Below are positions 27,701-41,006 of a stretch of DNA of 64,000 bases, one piece after another. How positions within the stretch are numbered: position 1 is the stretch's first letter; the number at the start of each line of letters is the position of its first letter. The DNA lies in assembly GCA_951406725.2 (NCBI GenBank), contig OX597827.1, forward strand, positions 60,512,001 through 60,576,000, in the 5' to 3' direction. The DNA is from Octopus vulgaris. Taxonomy: Eukaryota. The position numbers and the translations under genes are program-made. The notes under the pieces were generated by a model. That model was not told the DNA's origin, ran no database searches, and saw only the letters and a program-made list of their open reading frames with translations.

Positions 27701-28002
27701 ACTCTTCTAAATCATGCAGATGGCTGGCGAATCATTTTATGTATAGAAGTTACAAAATTTGATGGCATATAAGATGCATTACTCCCCCCTCCCCCCCCAA
27801 ACAAACTAGAAAACAAAAGCAATACATGGTGAGTTCTATAGGTGACAATGCTCTAATTCAGAGTTTCTCAACCATTTTTTTATCAATGGAATCCTTTGAG
27901 TCCTATCTATTTCACTCAGATGCACCCCCAAAGCCATTTGTTGTTTTAAAATTCCAATAGGCATAGGAGTGGCTGTGTGGTAAGTATAGCCATATAAGTA
28001 TA

Positions 28003-28237
28003 AGGCAGTGAGCTGGCAGAAACGTTAGCACGCCGGGCGAAATGCTTTGCGGTATTTCGTCTGCCGTTATGTTGTGAGTTCAAATTCCGCCGAGGTCAAC
28101 TTTGCCTTTCATCCTTTTGTGGTCAATAAATTAAGTACCAGTTATGCACTGGGGTCAATGTAATCGACTTAATACCTATGTCTGTCCTTGTTTGTCCCCT
28201 CTGTGTTTAGCTCCTTGTGGGTAATAAAGAAATAGGT
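28003..28237 (+). mobile_element. SINE-B: ~235-bp tRNA-derived SINE (representative copy)
   Basis: GGC.G.GAGCTGGCAGAAACGTTAGCACGCCGGGCG...GAGTTCAAATTCC...TTTGCCTTTCATCCTTT.G.GGTC.ATAAATTAAGTACCAG; the central block resembles a Deu/Nin-type domain as recalled. Other copies, approximately: 11954-12188(-), 16943-17255(+), 18791-19273 (nested), 39557-39972(-), 42858-43012(+), 44760-44975(-). (ATT)n-tailed relatives at 30-200, 6295-6660, 8577-8705, 8930-9140 and 10045-10480. Confidence 0.85.
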
Positions 28238-28504
28238 AAGTATAGGCGTAGGAATGGCTGTGTCATGCAGAATCTTCCTAAGGACTATGTTAAGGGCATG
28301 CATGTCTATGGAGTCCTCAGCCACTTGCACTCCAAAGATGTATGCAATTCATCAAGTTCTCTTTATTGAACAACCATCCGAGCCACCACATCCGGGTAGC
28401 ATACGTTATCCAAAAGTCAATTTGCATTAAGTCCATTATTTGCTTGGTGCTGCTTTTATGGATAATGGGAGAATGAAAACCTAAGTTGATCTTGGTAAGA
28501 TCTA

Positions 28505-29016
28505 CCATAAATCCTCAAGTGTAGTCTGCCCTTGAGTATAATATGCAGGGGATTTTTAGGGGGCTGTACCTCTGAAAAACCTAAACCTTGTGTATAATAT
28601 GCAACCCTTCTCTAACTTGAGTCAAGGAGGTCTATATAATGTCCTTGGTTTGTAAAAATGTATACGGTAACGTCCTTTATTATTATTGTATGTATAAAAT
28701 AATGCAAATGTGTAGCTTTTTTGTGCATTCTGTTTGTGGAAAATAAATAAATACCAGTAATAACGTTTAATAAATGTTGCTTACTACAAGTTATGGATGA
28801 TTCTTTTATGATTTCATTGCTTTCAGGCTTACCTTAAGGTATTTTTGCACCCGACATCACAAAATGCATCTGAATAAACATTGCCGGACAGCAAATAGAG
28901 ACTCGGACATTGCTTGGAAAATAATTTTCATTTTAAACCTCGTATATAGTACGCACTAGGGATTTTGACCATTAAATTTTGGGAAAAAAATGCGGATTAT
29001 ACTCGAGGATTTACAG
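28505..29016. mobile_element. Non-autonomous pogo/Tigger-like DNA transposon with TA TSD
   Basis: TA-CCATAAATCCTCAAGTGTAGTCTGC ... GCGGATTATACTCGAGGATTTACAG-TA imperfect TIRs. Confidence 0.7.
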
Positions 29017-30399
29017 TAAGCCTTTAGTATTCAGATTACTGGCTGTGTGATAAAAGTTTGGTTCCCATGATTCTGGGTTTAGTCCAACTGCATAGCAGGA
29101 CCCTGGGCAAGTGTCTTCTACTAAAGTCCCTTGTGAGTGGATTTGGTGGACGGAAACTGAAAGAAGCCCATGTGCGTGTGTATGTGTGTCGTTGTGTTTG
29201 TCCTCCCCACCACCACTACCACCACTTGATAACCAGTGTTGGTTTGTTTACATCCTGTAACTTATTCTTTCAGTCTTTTCTGCTGAACTGCTAAGTTCCA
29301 GGCTTAAAAAGAAAAATAAGTGCAGGGGTTGATTAGTTCGACCAAGCCCTTAAAGATAGTACCTCAGCTTGGCCACAGTCCAATGAATGAAACAAGCAAG
29401 AGATAAATCATAGATTCAAGATTTCAAAGATGTGATTGCTTATTTTTAGAATGACATTATAGGGTATGTGTAAAAAGTCACGGGCAATTTAAATACTTAA
29501 GTGCTAAATTCAGAATGTGAAGAGCCACTACAAAATACTGCAAGGCATTTTGTTGAATGCTTTGATAATTATTTTCTACTTAAGGCATAAGGCCCGAAAT
29601 TATAGGGGAGGGGGCCAGTCGGTTAGATCGACCCCAGTACGCAACTGGTACTTAATTTATCGACCCCAAAAGTATGAAAGGCAAAGTCGACCTCGGGGGA
29701 ATTTGAACTCAGAATGTAAAGACAGACAAGAATGCTTTGATAATTCCACCCATCCAGAACCTCCTATTGTGCTCCAAGAATATATTCCAATGCAAGACCA
29801 TAAATTTATAGAAAAAGAGATAGGCACTGAGTGATATTCATGCTCTCTTCTCAAGAGACATTAGCTTAAATTAAATTAATTAGCTTAAATTCTTTCAACC
29901 AAGAATCAAAAGAAAGCTGTTGATACAGCTCATAAGAAAAAACAGGAAAAACAGCTTGTCTTAGAGTGCTCAATAAGGTGACTGGAGAAAAGTGAAAGAA
30001 GGAATGAGAAAACCAAAAAAAGGTGCCAAGTGCATTCAGTGTGTAGTTTTCTTTTACCTATTTAAAATGAAAATAATTTTAAAAATCCCTGTTTCAATAT
30101 TTATATTTACTTTATAAGCATGGCCGTGTGGTTTAGAAACTTGCTTTGCAACCACATGGTTTTGGGCTCAGTCCCACATTGCGTCACCTCGGGCAAGTGT
30201 CTTCTGCTATAACCCCGAGCTGACCAATGCCCTTGTAAGTGAATTTGATAGACAAAATGTATGTAGAAACCCTATTGTGTAAGTGTGTGTATATATAGAT
30301 ATGTGCATATGTTTTGTGTGTGTGTGTGTGTGTGTGCTTTGTATCCGTGAATGTGTGATGCGTGTATATATATATGTGTGATGGGTAAATTGTCACCAC

Positions 30400-31224
30400 T
30401 TTATATCTTTAACTTCGTGCATGTACATGGTTTGTTTTTAATTTTGTCAACTACATAGTATAGTAGGGTCAGTTGGGCACTGTCTGTGAGAAAAACAGCA
30501 CCGCGATGCAATTCACTCTGCCAGAAACTTGGAAACAACATGCTGCTTGGCATTTGCACTGAAAGTGATAAAAATCATGCCAAGAGTGATAAAAATTATG
30601 CTGGAAGTGATAAAAATCAAACATCCAGTCAACATCATAGTGTTTAGAGTGATCACTAGTGATGGCAACATTATGCCTCCATTCATTGTCACGCACAACC
30701 TCAGACTCAACCTGGAAACCCACATCAAGTGCCTGGAGGAGGTAGTGCTGCCCTGGATCAAGAAGGTGATTGCTGGAAGATCCCATGTCTGGCAACAGGG
30801 CTCTGCACCATGCCACACAAGCAAGAGAACCCAGTCATGGCTGCCAGACAATTTCTGTGACCACACCACCCCTAACATCTGGCCACCTAACTCCCCAGAC
30901 TGCAACCTCCTTGATTATTATGTGTGGGGCACAGTTGAGTGAGAGACCAACAAAACTCCTTGTCACATAAAAGATGAACTGAAGGCAAGTATTATGACAA
31001 TATTCACCAACTTAAACAAGGAGACCCTCCAGAACAGTTGCAGGAGATTCTGAAGTCATCTGGAAGCCATGGTTGAAGCCAATGGCGATTTTATTGAATA
31101 AATTTACTCAATAGTATTTCGAGATATTTTTTTGTAATTTTGGTAAATATATCTGTTAAAAAGAGATGTCAGTGTTATTTTCATTTTTGAGTAATTTAGA
31201 TGACAGTTTATTTACTACACCCTG
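30400..31224 (+). mobile_element. Tc1/mariner-superfamily (maT/DD37D-like) transposase relic
   Basis: VWQQGSAPCHTSKRTQSWL...WPPNSPDCNLLDYYVWG motifs; ends CACCCTG-TA. Left boundary approximate. Confidence 0.8.
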
Positions 31225-31558
31225 TATATATATGGAAGAGACAGAGGGGTGTGTGTGCATGTGTGTGTATAACAGTTGTAGGTTTGGACTAATCCTTTCA
31301 ATCACCTCCTTTAATTTATTTTCTACTTTCATGATACTCCTTATATATTTTATATATTTTAAGGTTTTTATGTTTATATTCTTATATTTTATTTTTATGT
31401 TTATATTTCTACATTCTTATCATCTAACTCTTAATATAAATATGTGGATATTCAAAATGGAATAATACCTCATGTCATACATCTGAATTATGAATTTGCT
31501 TGTCTGAATATTTAAGACAAATATCTGAAATTTTTATCATATACTAAATTTTATATAA

Positions 31559-31607
<49 letters not shown>

Positions 31608-31610
<3 letters not shown>

Positions 31611-32310
31611 TGCCGCTAATATATGAAGTCCCTAGTCTTATCGTTAAAGGCATGAAACTAGGTGTGAGTATTTTTCGGTTGATGACTGATGAAGAATTAG
31701 GGTCCTGGTGTCTGTCCTTCTTGTACGTTTTGTAGTATTTAATACATTTTCTATTTATGGAATATCTTAACGCCATGCAACCTGACTTTTGTTAACAGTA
31801 AGTTTGTATACATTTTTTGCAGCTCTTTCCTTCTTTCTCTCTCATCTTATTCCTTTTCTAGCAACTCTACTTCCTCTCTCCCTCTCTCTCGTCTTCTCAC
31901 ACTTAACTGTAGACTTTCTCCCTTTCTTCCCCTGTTCTCTCTCTCTCTGTCCTTCCCTTCTATCTGCTACCAACACGTAAATAGTGGCTGTCTTTCTATC
32001 TTCTGCCTTTTTTGCCACTGGATGCCTAGCGTGCTGGTCAATTTTTCTCTCTTCTCAATTCTGTTATTTATATCCATTTGAGGATCTCTCCAAGGCATTA
32101 ATCCATCATTCTTGAGCTTGGCCCCAAGGCTATATTCATTTGTTGTCATTGTCTATCATTTCAAATTACTGTATGTCCACCCAGTATTATTTTGTTTGCT
32201 CAAACCCTAATACTCCGCAAATCTTGCGGGTGCCACCAATATATGAAGTTCCTAGTCTTATCATTAAAGGCATGAAACTAGGCATAAGTATTTTTCTGTT
32301 GATAACTATA
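31608..32310. mobile_element. Element with ~78-bp diverged direct terminal repeats next to (TA)n, possibly Penelope-like
   Basis: GGTGCC.CTAATATATGAAGT.CCTAGTCTTATC.TTAAAGGCATGAAACTAGG...GTTGAT.ACT at ~31609 and ~32229. Confidence 0.5.
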
Positions 32311-33759
32311 TGCACAATGAGCTTCTATCAGTTTTTGTCTATCAATTCCACTCACACAGCTTTAAATCAGCCTAGATCTATGATAGAAGAGACTTGCTCA
32401 AGTTTCCACACAGGAGGACTGAACCCAGAACCAAGTGGTTGGGAAGCAAACTTCTTAACCACAAGCCACACCTTTGCCAAATGCACGTCTGCACCAACCA
32501 TATGCTACAATTGTTGATACCTTAGACACAAAGTGGCTATGATGAAGGCAATAAGTAAATAAAATTTAAAAAACCAGAGTAGCCTGTTTGTGAAATTAAT
32601 ATGCACGTGGTTGAGCACTCCACAGGCACATGTGTCCTTATTGTAGTTCTCAGGGAGATTCAGTGTGACACAAAGCGTAACAAAGCTAGCCCTTTGAAAT
32701 ACAGGTACTACTCATTTTTGCCAGCTGAGTGAACTGGAGCAATGTGAAATAAAGTGTCTTGCTGAAGGACACAACATGTTACTGGAAATTGAACTCCTAA
32801 CCTTGTGATCATAAGCTGAATACCCTAACCACTAAGCCACCTGCCCTCACAGAAGGCAACAAGTAATGTAGCATTAACTCTGTGTGTGTGTTTATATATA
32901 TATATAAAATTATTCTTATACAAGAATACTGCTGACAGTGACTTCGAAGTTTCAGTTATGTCATTGTTGGGCAGTCCAACAATGGCTTAACTGGCCGAAA
33001 CTTTTATTATAACTGAACACAAAAACAAATGTTAGTATATAAATTATAGCTACAGCTTGATGTAACAGAACGAGGCCTACTCTATTTTCTACCCTTCTAA
33101 AATTTCACTGGGAACATGGAGCTGGAATTAAATATCCCAACACAGGGGTCCCCAACTATCAGGTCACGGACACAGACCAGAACCAGATCGTGGATTATTT
33201 GGTACTGGGCCACACAGAAAGAACAAGTTTTTAAACTATTTCTATTTTATTGGCTATTGTGCAGTCTCCATGATGTTTTTGCCTTATATATGTACTGTAT
33301 GTGTATTAGATATAACGGAAGTGCATGGCTTAGTGGTTGGCATGTTAGACTCATGATTGTAAGATTGTGGTTTTGATTCCTGCACTGGGCAATGCATTGT
33401 CTTCTTGAGCAAAACACTTTTCATGTTGCTTCAGTTAACTCAGCGAGTAAAAATGAGTAATCTTGCAATGGTCTAGTGTCCTGTCCTGGGAAGAATATAT
33501 ACATCAGGAAAACCAGGAAACCGGCCTTATGCTCCTTATGGAGTAATGCAGACTAACCTTGTATTATACATGTAATGATTAAATTATATATTATGCACTT
33601 TATTGTGTCTTGTTATGTGCATGATCTCCAAGTCTATGGAATAATTGTCTTTCATGAAAACGGCTGAAGATAGTTGCCCTAAGGCTTTTACTTAGTATAG
33701 TAACTTTACTGTTACTGAGAACTTTGGAGTTATTTAGGACTTCCTAAGATATCCCTTCT

Positions 33760-34205
33760 TTCTTTATGCCTTTAACCCTCCAACGCGGAGTATAGGCCAC
33801 TTATAGTTGAATTCCACGTCGCATAATTTTTGGCTTCTGTACTTATACTCTGCCATGAATGTCCCCCTTTCTCTAGTTCCTTTTGTATTAATCTCCACCA
33901 CAAGTTCTTAGGCCTACCTCTCCTTCTATTAAAGCACTTCTAGTAAAGCACTTTTGGCTACATTTGGTGTGTCTTTTCTAATTGTGCTACCAATCCGTTC
34001 CACTTTTTCTTAAATATTTGCTCCCTAATCAAAACTTCATTTGTTCTTTGCCATAGCTCCATATTGCTTTTGTATTTGGGCCATCTAATTTTAAGTATAC
34101 TACGCAAGCATCTGTTAATGAATGATTGTATTTGCTTATTTGACTTAACTGTTGTTCGCCATATCTCAGCCCCGTACAATAATACCGCTTTTATGTTTAA
34201 GATGT
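33760..34205 (-). mobile_element. RTE-clade LINE 3' ORF relic
   Basis: KAVLLYGAEIWRTT...IQSFINRCLRSILKIRWP...SNMELWQRT, then frameshifted. Confidence 0.8.
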
Positions 34206-35342
34206 CCCATCCTGCAAAAAAAAAAGCTACGCTTTGAAAATACAAATACTGTTATTGTGCACTGCTAAGGACAGTATCTCTTAATGAAGAAATTAGAATT
34301 GAGAAAAAAAAAATCATAAAAATGGCTAACTTTGATTATTTACATCTGGGAGGTGTTTGAAGCATTTAGATTTCCTAAAGACTTCCTATTCCACCTCCCA
34401 AAAGCTTAACTATCATCTGTATGGAAGAAGAAGATGGAAATTAACTTTAAAACAATGGTTCTAGGCATTAAGCTGCATGAATATATATGTATTACAATTA
34501 GTTCCCAATGTGCAAGAGTGAGATGTGAAGAGAGAGAGAGGAAGAGAGAGAAAACTCTTTTAATAATAAATAACAACTGACAGACATGCAGTAAGTGGGA
34601 ATAAACAGGGCGGCAGAAGTGGAATGTACAGGAAATTTGCCCATGGCACGAACCTTTCCTGTAAGCAGAGATTTTTGAAGAACTTGGATTTTAGTCAGCA
34701 GTGTCTCTTCAAGACAGAATGCCTGCCTCACAGCAATATTTTGTATACTTTGTTTTTATATTTAGACTTTACTGAAAAAAGGAACAGAAAGCTATGACAG
34801 CTGGAGATATATATGAGTGAGAGAGAGAGACAGAGAGAGAGAAAGAAAGAGAGAGAGGAATAACATTTAAGAAAATAAAATCAGAAAAAGGAAGTACATA
34901 TACACACACGCATACATATATCTGCATACATAATCCAATGCTAGCATGCTGCTAGTTTTCTCACAGAAACTGTCAGGCGCTTCAGCCCACCATGTTTAAA
35001 AAAGAATTCATATTCAAATATTGCACACTGAAGATTTTTATGTAATTTTTATGGTGAAACAAGTATCTAACAGTGTTGGTTATAGTGAACTAAATTTAAT
35101 TAATTCATTCTCTACTTGAAGGTACTGAGTATCTTTTTTTCATTCATAGCAATTAACACACATACGTATATATATAAACACATGCAGGGGTGGCTGTGTG
35201 GTAAGTAACTTGCTTCCCAACCACTTCGTTCCGGGTTCAGTCCCACTATGTGGCACCTTGGGCAAGTGTCTTCTACTATAGCTTCAGGCTAACCAAAGCC
35301 TTGTGAGTGGATTTGGTAGATGGAAACTGAAAGAAGCCCGCC

Positions 35343-35394
<52 letters not shown>

Positions 35395-35396
<2 letters not shown>

Positions 35397-35680
35397 AATC
35401 CAAACATGAAAACACAAAGAGAAAACACAACAACGCGAGGACGTGGAACAAGTATAGTGTTACTAGACACTCAGGAAAGGAAAGACAGAAGGAGGATTTA
35501 ACGTTTCGAGCAGAGCTCTTCGTCAGAAACATAGAAAGAGGAAAGGTCCAAGGAAGGGAAGACGGGAGAAAAAAAAAATCACCAACGATACACACGCGGT
35601 CACATATTTACAGTTGGGCACAAGTGAAAAACACCATTTATCTACACACGGATATAATTGAAGAAAATTAGTAGAATTAT
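35395..35680 (-). mobile_element. Penelope-like terminal-repeat fragment inserted into the microsatellite of a SINE
   Basis: Unique ~285-bp block splitting a SINE-A copy at its (TA)n/(GA)n run; carries a minimal hammerhead. Confidence 0.55.
35497..35529 (-). ncRNA. Minimal type I hammerhead motif (Penelope-type)
   Basis: Minus strand TTT-CTGACGA-A-GAGC-tct-GCTC-GAAA-CG-TT-AAA. Confidence 0.65.
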
Positions 35681-36514
35681 ATGTGTGTGTGTGTGTGTGT
35701 GAGTGTTTGTGTGTTTGTCCCCCACCATCACTTGACAACCAATACTGGTGTGTTTACATCCCTGTAACTTAGCAGTTCGGCAAAAGAGACTGATAGAATA
35801 AGTACTAGGCTTACAAAGAATAAGTCCTTGGGTCGATTTGTTCAACTAAAAGGCAGTGCTCTAGCATGGCCGCAGTCAAATGACTGAAACAAACAAAAGA
35901 AAGAATAGAATAAAGGATGCAGGAAGGATTGCAGTCTCAGATGGTCATGCTTGAGAGTCCATCAGGAAAGTGTAATGATGCCGTGGGTAGTAAAGACCCC
36001 CCCATGGAAAGTGATAAAACCCTGTGGAGCAGGTGCTTGAGTATTCCACAATGATCCCCCAGGAATAGTGGGTGGGGATAATGGATGGACGAAATAAATA
36101 TTTCACAGTTGTACAATTTTTTCAATACTAAAACATTTTTCTCAACCTTTGAAAAATGCTTCAGCAATATATATATATACATATATATAATTATATTTTA
36201 AAATATGTACTGATATAAAATCTCTTAACTGACACAATGACCCCGCTCCCTTCTTAGTACTACTCCCCCTCCCAGCCAAGGAGTTTTGTCTAGCAAGTTG
36301 CTTGTTGACTCTGTCCAGTGCTCATGCCATGTAAAAGGCACTCAGTTCACTCTGTTAAGTGGTTGGCATCCAGCAGTAGAAAACATGCCAAAACAGACAA
36401 TGAAGCCTGGTGCAGTTCCCCACCTTATTAGCTCTTGTCACATCATTCAACCAATGCCAGCATGGAATACAGACATTAAATGATGATGATTATATATCAT
36501 ATAATATATTATAT

Positions 36515-37032
36515 GATCAGTAAAAATTTAGATTCGGATGAATATGGTACTTAAGTTGAGGCACTAAAATTCAGTCTGGTATTATCCATACAATTTCAAA
36601 ATAAGGTGATTAAAATCAAAATAAGCAACAAGGATATCCAGAGGTAATGCAGTACGATCGTTTCATGCGACTCCATTTAATTGAACAATGCAATCATTTC
36701 ATTACATCAATTTAAAATGTAGAGCAATTTTCAGCTGCACAAAGACATAGAATTTAATTAAATTAGAAGGACACATGAGTATAATTTTACCTAAAATCTC
36801 CAAGAGGATAGGGAGATAGACAAAGAACATGTTTTCTCCTTATCCTCTGGGAGATTTTAGGTAAAATTATATTAATGTGTCCTTCTAATTTAATTAAATT
36901 CTATGTCTTTCTGCAGCTGAAGATTGCTCTACATTTTAAATTGATGTAAAGAATTGCATTGTTCAATTAAATGGAGTTGCATGAAACGATCGTACTGCAT
37001 TACCTCTGGACATCCTTGTTGCATATTTTGAT
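36515..37032. mobile_element. Asymmetric fold-back insertion (Penelope-like) with ~200-bp inverted arms at 36615-37032
   Basis: Arms are reverse complements around an ~18-nt spacer; the left arm has ~100 extra bp; TA-rich flanks; hammerhead motif in each arm. Confidence 0.7.
36912..36999 (+). ncRNA. Type I hammerhead ribozyme motif with extended helix II
   Basis: TGCAG-CTGAAGA-[~59-nt imperfect stem-loop]-GAAA-CGATCG-TA-CTGCA: perfect 5-bp helix I, intact core, palindromic helix III, GUA cleavage triplet. Confidence 0.75.
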
Positions 37033-40000
37033 AATCTATCTATCTATCTATATCTATATATATAAAGAGAGGGGGGAGAGAGAGGGGGGATGGAGGGAAA
37101 ATCGAAACAAACCTTCAATGGTTTTTATTCGTTAAGTCATCATGGAAGCAATTTAATTCCCATGCACATTGTCAAGGGCAATCTAGGCTGATGAAGCTCA
37201 ACTATCCACCACAAGGTCCAGTCCTTGTTATGATGTGGTAGCTTGCATGCCTCAATGACCCTGAAAGCTATGCCAATGATGCGCAAGCTTCAGGTACGTC
37301 TTTCAGTGCTGGACAAATCAAAGGATAGAGACTAAACTAATATTGAACATCTCTTCCCAAAGGTAAAAATGGATTCACATAGGGCCAACATTCCTACCCA
37401 GATAAAAAACAAAGTTACAAAAGAATTGGTGACAATTCAAAACCACAAAGACCTGATAGGGGAAGGCTATCTCTCAGGGGTAAACATATGATACATCAGG
37501 TCCTGACTTGGAACCCAGAAGGGAGGCGGAAGAGAGAATACCATGAAAATTGCTAGATGTGGGACACTGAAGCTGAGTTTTTTTTTTTTTTAAATAAAGC
37601 AGGGATCCAATTGGAGAAAAGCAGAAAAAACACCCCAGAGTTGAGAACAGTGGAGCAAAGCTGTTGATAGTCAGTGCTCCACAGAGAGTGATAGGGGCCC
37701 AACTATCATAAGAGTGTAGCCAGATGTTGTTGGTAACTCAGAATCAAACCTGATAAGTTGAAGACGACCAGAAACTGAATATGAAATTTTAATTGCAAGT
37801 GATCTGCTAACAAACATGTATTACTGACTTGGTTCCTTATTGTCACCATGAAAGTAGCAGATGTCCACAGTACTTGCAATAACCAATAGCTCATTCAAAT
37901 AGGGTAGAGTGAGCTTCATCATTCATTATTTAATGTCCATTTTTCCATGCTTGCATGGATTGGATGGAATTAGTTGAGGCAGATTATCTGTGGCCAGATG
38001 TTCTTGCTGTCGTCAACTCTGACCTGTTCCCCATGGCCAGACAAGTATTCCATGGAAGATTGGAAGCAAATAACATTATTCCTATGATGGTGATAGTCAT
38101 TTACAAACATCATGTGATGTTTAGACAAGGTCACACAAACACACACATACACAGCAGGCTTCTTTCAGTTTCTTTCTGCCAAATTGATAAGATTTTGATC
38201 AGTTAGGGGCTAAAGTAGAAAACACTTGCCCAAAGAGCTGTGCAGTGGGACTGAACCTAAGATCACATGGTTAGGAAACTACCTTGTTAACTACACACCC
38301 ACATCCACACAATGATAAAGTTAAATAAATATTCAATTTTTGTTGTATCTTGGGAGGGCTATTATTCCAATTATAAACACACACACACACAGGTTCTATT
38401 TCACTTCTTTTAGTCAATTGGTTAGCTTTTAACTAACTAACTAACCAATTGTTTGATTAATCATTCAGTTAATCAATCCATTTATCAAAATCCTTTTGTT
38501 GCCATTCATGACCTCATCAATGACGTGCCCATTCTATTCCAAGCCAGCATCTAATCACTAGCATAATGACTCACCAAGGTACAACAAAATTTGTTTCAGT
38601 GCACTAGTTTACGTCAAGAATTTCGCAAACCAAATACAAAAACAATAACATCCAATTATTTTGACGAAATAAGAGCCATATGTTTTGAATGACAGGTAAC
38701 AGTATGTGAAGATAAATACAAAAATACACCGTTACACTAACTCATAATATTTCTCACAAATTCTCCCCATCACCTCTTTTACTCTTTTACTTGTTTCAGT
38801 CAGTTGACTGCGGCCATGCTGGAGCACCACCTTTAGTCGAGCAACTCGACCCCGGGACTTATTCTTTGTAAGCCCAGTACTTATTCTATAGGTCTCTTTT
38901 GCCGAACCACTAAGTGACGGGGACATTAAACACACCAGCATCGGTTGTCAAGCAATGCTTGGGGGACAAACATAGATACACAAACATACACGCACACACA
39001 TATATATATATATATATATACATATATACGGCGGGCTTCTTTCAGTTTCCTTCTACCAAATCCACTCACAAGGTTTTGGTCGGCCCCGAGGCAATAGTAG
39101 AAGACATTTGCCCAAGGTGCCACGCAGTGGGACTGAACCCGGAACCATGTGGTTGGTAAGCAAGCTACTTATCACACAGCCATTCCTGCGCCTATACATT
39201 TCAGTCAATCAATGGTCATGCCTAGCTAGTAAGAAAGCTGTCTCCCACCCCTAGCACCCAACAGAAAATTATTAATTTCCTTTGTTGTTTATCCTCCTCC
39301 TCCTCTTCTTTTACATTCGTTTTTCCATACTGGCATGGGTTGAACTGTTTGACCAGAGCTGGCAAGCTGGAGGGCTGCACCAAGTTCTAGTCTGATTTGA
39401 CTGGGTTTCTAAAGCTGGATGCCCTTCCTAATGCCAACCACTTTACAGTGTGTGCTGGGTACTTTTAACATGGCACTGGCATGAGTGCATTTTATGTGAA
39501 ACTGGCACACAACTCTTGCAAGCCAATCCTTTCAACCAAGAAGAGTGGCCTTAATATTTCTTATTTCTTTATTGCCCACAAGGGGCTACACACAGAGGGG
39601 ACAAATGAGGACAGACAAATGGATTAAGTCAATTACGTCGACCCCAGTGCATAACTGGTACTTATTTAATCAACCCCAAAAGGATGAAAGGCAAAGTCGA
39701 CCTTGGCAGAATTTGAACTCAGAACTTAGTGGCAGACAAAATACCTATTTCTTTACTGCTCACAAGGGGCTACACACAGAGGGGACAAACAAGGACAGAC
39801 AAAAAGATTAAGTAGATTATATCGACCCCAGTGTGTAACTGGTACTTATTTAATCGACTCCGAAAGGATGAAAGGCTAAGGTGACCTCGGCGGAATTTGA
39901 ACTCAGAACGTAGTGGCAGACAAAATACAGCTAAGCATTTCGCCCGGCATGCTAACATTTCTGCTAGCTTGCTTTAATATTTCTGCTGTGGCGGACAGGT

Positions 40001-40060
40001 CTTCTTGAGTACAGTAAGGTGCCAAAAATCAAAATCAAATAACAATGAACAAGAAACCAT

Positions 40061-40270
40061 AACCATTTAGCATTCAGATTACTGTCAAATCTAACACAAT
40101 TTTGAATTAATCATGCTTTATCTTGTAGATCCAAGATTTCAATGATGTGACTATTGAATTTTAAAATGACATTGTAGGGTAGATGTGAAAGGCCAGATCT
40201 GGCCAGTTTCAATGTAAAACATGTAGGATATTTGGGTTGGATATGCCAGTTTAAATGCTAAAGGATTAAA
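40061..40270. mobile_element. Older TTAA-type MITE family; also ~17425-18020 (interrupted) and ~7515-7722 (reverse)
   Basis: Ends ...TTTAGCATTCAGATTACT and AATGCTAAAGG.TTAA, with shared internal sequence among copies. Confidence 0.6.
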
Positions 40271-41006
40271 CCTAGACATACATCCAACAGTATGTCTTTA
40301 CATGGACACTTGATCTTCTAGAAATAGTAACCAAATTTCTCAAATCTCGTCTGACTGTCCTAATTTCTCCCCACCACAAAAAAAAATAAAATGGAAGGAC
40401 ACATTACATAATGTAGTTTTATACATGGTATCTTTAATTTTTTACCTTTTATTTGTTTCAGTCATTGGACTGTAACCATACTGGGGAACTGCCTTGAAGG
40501 GTTTTAGTTGAATAAATTGAACCCAGCACTTTTTCTTTTTAAGTCTGGTACTTATTCTATTGGTCACTTTTGCCAAACTTATGGAGATGTAAACAAACCA
40601 ACACTGCTTATCAAGTAGTGGGGGTGACACAAACACAGGCACAAAGACAAACAAACACACACACACAGAAGTTAGGCTTCCACATAGTTTCAATCTAACA
40701 AATTAACTCACAAGAGCATTTGTCAGCCACCAAGGGTTACAGTAGAAGACACTTGCCCAAGGTGCTGCGTAGAGGGAATGAACCTGGAGCTGCATGGTTG
40801 CAAGATGAGCTAAAGACAAAAACAAAAAAAAAAGGCAAGAAAAAAAAAATGGTCACAACATGAACGCTTTTTATCAAGCGTTCACAATTATGATCTGAGG
40901 CTAAACAATTGAAACAATAGCAACACATAACAAATACATATTTGTATGCCAAACTAATATTTAAAGCCTTCACCACTCCCACAAAAATACAGAAAACAGT
41001 TACTAC

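Noticed and set aside
31631-31663. CCTAGTC...GAAACTAGG as a type III hammerhead
   Set aside because: Only 16 nt lie between the halves, with no CUGANGA-type core or helices I and II.
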